Positions 60,521 to 64,000 of a DNA stretch of 64,000 nucleotides are shown here, in pieces (within the stretch, counting starts at the first letter, position 1; every line of letters starts with the position of its first letter). The stretch is from an uncultured Anaerolineaceae bacterium. GTDB taxonomy: Bacteria > Chloroflexota > Anaerolineae > Anaerolineales > E44-bin32. The DNA lies in assembly GCA_964575425.1 (NCBI GenBank), contig CAZNRD010000008.1:3161-67160 (forward strand), read 5' to 3'. The position numbers were made by a program, and so were the translations under genes. The notes below the pieces were generated by a model, which was not told the DNA's origin, made no database searches, and saw only the letters and a list, made by a program, of their open reading frames with translations.

Positions 60521-61362
60521 GACTCCTCCTCCACAGGCATCTGGTAGATCACGCGAGAGCGTGACTTGCCCTCGGTCCCGCCAATGGTCCGGACCGGCTT
60601 GGCCGGGATGCCGGCCACCACGGTGTGCGGGGGAACATCGCGTGTGACTACGGCACCGGCTGCCACGACCGCTCCCCGGCCGATCCGCACACCGTCGGTG
60701 ACAATCACCCCCGATCCAAGCCACACGTCTTCCTCGATCACAATCCCCTGGGCGGTGATGCCCTGCTCGATGAACGGGCGATGCGGATCGTCAAAGACAT
60801 GATCAACCGCCAGGATCTGGCAGAAAGGCGACGTGTACACGCGGTCGCCAATCTCGACACCTCCCTGGCCGCGTATCACCGTGTACTCCCCGACCAAGCT
60901 GTCACATCCAATCCGGATGCCTGCATGGGGAAGGCTTCGGAAGTTGTAGACGTGAAGCACCGATCCATACATCACGACCGTCCCGGCGCCGATCTCGATT
61001 CCCGATGGGCACGCGTGCAAGTAAACGCCCTCATCAAGATATACCCCATGGCCGAGTCGGATTCGGTCGGCGAATCGAAGCCGGACCCCGTGCTCGATGC
61101 CGGCCCAGCCGTCCATGTTCAGGATCAGCCGATACAAAACGGCGCGCAGGCCTAGTCCGATGATACCGGGGACCCATCCGATCAAGGCGAACAGGGTCTG
61201 TTCGAGTACATAGCGGCCAACGCCGGAAGCCTGGCGGTCAAGGTACAGGCGAAGGCGACGGCGCGCGGCGGCCAAAGTGGGAGCGGGCGGCATAGTGGCT
61301 TCCGTAGCGTCTGATGATCTGCGGCGACCTGCCTCGGGAAAGTACGGCCCGCGACCTGGCAT
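60517..61362 (-). CDS. Left-handed beta-helix acyltransferase (hexapeptide repeats)
   Basis: [50 protein letters not shown]; start could be 61380. Confidence 0.88.
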   Translation of the reverse strand: MPGRGPYFPEAGRRRSSDATEATMPPAPTLAAARRRLRLYLDRQASGVGRYVLEQTLFALIGWVPGIIGLGLRAVLYRLILNMDGWAGIEHGVRLRFADRIRLGHGVYLDEGVYLHACPSGIEIGAGTVVMYGSVLHVYNFRSLPHAGIRIGCDSLVGEYTVIRGQGGVEIGDRVYTSPFCQILAVDHVFDDPHRPFIEQGITAQGIVIEEDVWLGSGVIVTDGVRIGRGAVVAAGAVVTRDVPPHTVVAGIPAKPVRTIGGTEGKSRSRVIYQMPVEEES

Positions 61363-61439
61363 GCTCCGCCCTTCCGACAAGACGGGATGACCGATGAAAT
61401 GCTTTGGCGTGGGTCTTCGGGCGGCTCGCGTGCTCGGCG

Positions 61440-61958
61440 TCAGGCCAAGCCGCGTGCCTTCGGGGCAATGTGATCGGCGTTCAGCACAACAGGCATCGGG
61501 CGCCCGCCCAAGACGGAGAGAAGCACACGCACTCGGGCCCGACCCGAAAGCCGTTCGTCAAACATGGCCTCGTACCCAGTGAGCGGGCCTTCCTGAATTA
61601 GGACCGCGTCGCCGCGGACAACGCCTTGCAGCGGATCACGGCGGAGTGCAGCCGCGAGTCGAACGCGTTTCTGCAGCGCAAAGATCACCGCGTCCGGAAC
61701 TCTTGCGGGCTCTCCACCGAATGCCACGAGGCCTCTCACATGCGGTATGAAGCGGAAAGCCGTCGCGCCAACCTTCCCCAGATCGGCATGCACGAACATG
61801 TATCCCGGAAAGTAGGGCCGGACCTTGCGGGCCCGCGGGTTCACAGGCCGCACGACCAGGATTGGGTAGAAGACTTCGTAACCCCTCGCCTTCACCAGGT
61901 GGCAGGCTATGTCTTCTTTGTTCGGCTTGGTGTGCAGTGCGTACCAATCCATCGTCAT
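61440..61958 (-). CDS. NusG-paralog transcription antitermination factor (RfaH/UpxY/LoaP-like)
   Basis: [30 protein letters not shown] (NGN domain); [18 protein letters not shown] (KOW); first gene of the ~50-kb cluster. Confidence 0.9.
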   Translation of the reverse strand: MTMDWYALHTKPNKEDIACHLVKARGYEVFYPILVVRPVNPRARKVRPYFPGYMFVHADLGKVGATAFRFIPHVRGLVAFGGEPARVPDAVIFALQKRVRLAAALRRDPLQGVVRGDAVLIQEGPLTGYEAMFDERLSGRARVRVLLSVLGGRPMPVVLNADHIAPKARGLA

Positions 61959-62211
61959 CACCCAAGGCCTCCCCATTACGAAGACGGCCATTTTCCGGCC
62001 GGCTGCCGCATAGGCACACCCCTACCCTGCTCCCATGCAGAACACCGGCCCGAGCACGCGTGACCCACACCCTCAAGCCCGGCCCTGATGGCGCGCAATC
62101 ACAACAGTCCAGCAGTCGTCGAGAGCGGCCCGCTTGCAGGACTGCGACCTTGCGTCCAGTTCTCTCGGAAGGCTTCCGGCGCATAGACTGACGCTTTGCG
62201 AACCCGCGCTC

Positions 62212-62230
62212 CATTGGGCTCAGCCCAATG
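62212..62230. promoter_or_regulatory. 19-bp palindrome in the predicted operon leader
   Basis: CATTGGGCT-C-AGCCCAATG. Confidence 0.5.
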
Positions 62231-62327
62231 ACCTTCACAGCTCGCTCCGCGTCGGAGGAAGTGCTGCGCACGGATGACGATGATGACTGCGCAGAAGCGA
62301 TTACGGCCCGCCGGAGCCTAATACGCC

Positions 62328-62333
62328 ATTATA
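62328..62333 (-). promoter_or_regulatory. Candidate sigma70 -10 box (TATAAT) for the glycan operon, without a recognisable -35
   Basis: Perfect TATAAT on the minus strand in GC-rich DNA; hexamer at 17-bp spacing is CAGCCC. Confidence 0.55.
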
Positions 62334-62581
62334 ACCCGGATTACTCTTTTGGGCTGCCTTCAGACCGCCACCTTTCAGTCAGTTGAGGGTGCCCTGACGC
62401 CTTGTCAGCCTGCCGGCTGCGCTCCCTCCGACCCGGCGCGGGCTCCGGCTAGCCTGCAGCCCGCTGGACATATCAGGAACACTCCAGCCCTCGCAGCGCG
62501 ATGTGCGCGCACACCGGCCAGCCCGCTTTGCAGTACTCGGATACCACTTTCGCGTCTTTTCAGGCTGCTTGGAAGACCCGG

Positions 62582-62655
62582 CGGGCTGAATAGCCCTCAC
62601 CCTGCAGGGCTGATCCGGCGGGTTGAATGACCCTCACCCTGCAGGGTTGATCCGG
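62582..62655. repeat. Two tandem 37-bp imperfect direct repeats with an internal palindrome
   Basis: CGGGCTGAATAGCCCTCACCCTGCAGGGCTGATCCGG / CGGGTTGAATGACCCTCACCCTGCAGGGTTGATCCGG (4 mismatches); CCCTGCAGGG palindrome in each. Confidence 0.85.
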
Positions 62656-62671
62656 CGACTTCGGCGGTCTG

Positions 62672-63442
62672 CTAGGGGCTGGACACCAAACCGTGGCGCA
62701 TGGCCCAGACTGCCGCCTGGGTCCGATCGGAGACGCCGAGTTTGGTCAAGACGTTGTGAACGTGGGATTTGACCGTGTTACGACTCAGGCACAGACGCTC
62801 GGCGATTGCCGCGTTGTCCATCCCCTCGGCGACCAGCGTCAGGATCCGGATCTCTTGCGGCGTCAGATCCGGCACGTCCCTTTCCTCGCCATCAACCGTC
62901 GCCCTCGTTGAGTCTACCAGCGCTCGCAGGGCAGACTGAAGGAGATGGTGCTCGACGACGGTCTCGCCCTCAGCGACCGCCTTGACCGCCTGCGGGATCT
63001 TCTCGGGGTCCGCCGACTTCGGCAGGAAACCAGCGGCCCCAAGTATCACGGCTCGTGCGAAGTACTCGGGATTGCTAAATGAAGTGAGCATGAGGACGCT
63101 CGTCTGCGGGCGCGCGGCCTTGATCGATGCCAGCGCCTCGAGGCCATCCATGTCCGGCATCCGGATGTCCAGAAGGAGCACATCTGGTTCCAGGACCAGG
63201 GTTTTCTCCATCGCCTGCCGGCCTGTCATGGCCTCCCCAACAACCTCGATGCCCTCCTTGCCCAGGATCATCTTGAGTCCTTCGATAATGAGCGGGTGGT
63301 CATCGGCGACCAACACCCGGACAGCCCGCCGCGTTGGCGGGCGGCTCGCCTCGGCCTTCTTGGCCTCGCGGGCTCCGGGGCGGCGCCGGCCGGTGGGCGA
63401 TCCCCTGCGCCGGCGGTCAGGTTGGTCATCCTGTAGTCGCAT
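62672..63442 (-). CDS. NarL/LuxR-family response regulator (REC + HTH)
   Basis: VLVADDHPLI, DVLLLDIRMPDMDG, GAAGFLPK, LTPQEIRIL…GMDNAAIAERLCLSRNTVKSHV; start uncertain. Confidence 0.93.
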   Translation of the reverse strand: MRLQDDQPDRRRRGSPTGRRRPGAREAKKAEASRPPTRRAVRVLVADDHPLIIEGLKMILGKEGIEVVGEAMTGRQAMEKTLVLEPDVLLLDIRMPDMDGLEALASIKAARPQTSVLMLTSFSNPEYFARAVILGAAGFLPKSADPEKIPQAVKAVAEGETVVEHHLLQSALRALVDSTRATVDGEERDVPDLTPQEIRILTLVAEGMDNAAIAERLCLSRNTVKSHVHNVLTKLGVSDRTQAAVWAMRHGLVSSP

Positions 63443-63878
63443 CGCCTTACCCAGCAGAACGCGCTCGCTTTTCTGGCAAGCGCACCGGAGGGCCATTGTG
63501 TCTATGGGTGCCACCACACTCTGAAATGGCGCAGGGTTCACCCTGCCAGCGGAGAGTGCACGATGCGTGCCTCTCGTGCTACAAGATCATCCATCCGGCC
63601 TACCCCACAACTGCCCGAATCACCCCTCGGCGGCGACACCCTCCACTCACCAGCACGGAGCACTTGCTCGCGAGGGTACGCCCCATCGCCGGCCGATCGT
63701 CCTGGCGGGGAGACAGACGTGGAAGCCGAAGGCATTACAATAAGACCCCGGCCACCTTCCTCTTGCATCCGACCGCTCACAAGAGGGTTTCCCAGCAGGT
63801 TGGCCATGGCGATCAAAGAAGGACCAGTCCTAACAGCCAGAGTTGACATATAGACATCGATGGATCCAGCCTCTTTAC

Positions 63879-63906
63879 ATTATACCCTGCGCGGGGTTTC
63901 GCTCAA
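63879..63906 (-). promoter_or_regulatory. Candidate sigma70 promoter for the response regulator
   Basis: TTGAGC-16 bp-TATAAT on the minus strand. Confidence 0.55.
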
Positions 63907-63920
63907 ATGGCAATAGCGTC

Positions 63921-64000
63921 CTAGTCGGAAGTGGACCGACATAGTCTCTCGACCTTCTTGAGGATGGTGTCGTCCGTCGCTGCTGTCGGCCGGCTCAGCC
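63921..64000 (-). mobile_element. Possible 3' remnant of an IS630-family transposase entering from the right edge
   Basis: Frame reads …TAATDDTILKKVERLCRSTSD*, resembling recalled IS630 C-termini (WTxTADxILxKVxRLC); ends in CTAG; only 80 bp visible. Confidence 0.3.

Noticed and set aside
62017-62030. ops-like sequence GCAGGGTAGGGGTG on the minus strand before the NusG paralog
   Set aside because: Spacing and sequence deviate from GGCGGTAGnnTG; not distinguishable from chance in GC-rich DNA
62582-62655. CRISPR interpretation of the 37-bp repeats
   Set aside because: Only two directly abutting copies, no spacers and no cas genes
63721-63806. Partial resemblance to a c-di-GMP-I riboswitch in the regulator's leader (GGCCAACC…GAAA…GGATGCAAGAG…GGGGTCTTA)
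   Set aside because: The P2 stem has a large insertion and the tetraloop receptor and P1 cannot be built cleanly; an Infernal hit to RF01051 would be needed to revive it
63538-63849. 103-aa minus-strand ORF upstream of the response regulator
   Set aside because: No recognisable domain or clear RBS; more simply explained as untranslated leader

Overview
High-GC window (likely Chloroflexota/Anaerolineae; this is an inference from Pro/Thr-rich surface proteins, gene families present and no wza seen) devoted almost entirely to cell-surface glycan biology. (1) 323-7721, minus strand: a ~2040-aa secreted protein (PQQ-type beta-propeller, helical domain, Ig-like DUF5060-type domain, clan GH-A-like TIM barrel, C-terminal dockerin) followed directly by a membrane-anchored single-cohesin protein. 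(2) 8171-12253, plus strand: rmlC-rmlB-rmlA and an in-frame RmlD-GmhB fusion. (3) 12398-61958, minus strand: one ~50-kb co-directional Wzx/Wzy-type polysaccharide or glycosylation cluster headed by a NusG paralog. It contains a Wzc-like kinase, a GmhA-GAF fusion, HddA, a WcaJ-like priming transferase, many GT2/GT4 enzymes, five GT-C-like membrane proteins, WbpB/E/D/I-like genes, a glutaminase-degenerate AsnB-like amide ligase beside a Glu/Leu/Phe/Val dehydrogenase, an eroded second asnB-like copy, a frameshifted O-antigen-ligase-TPR gene and an HpnJ-like B12 radical SAM enzyme. (4) 61959-64000: a structured leader, candidate promoters, a 37-bp tandem repeat, a recurring ACCCTGC motif and a NarL/LuxR regulator with no kinase in the window. 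All family calls are by-eye motif recognition, not database searches. Many starts were moved downstream of the supplied ORF starts, using ribosome-binding sites and gene overlaps.
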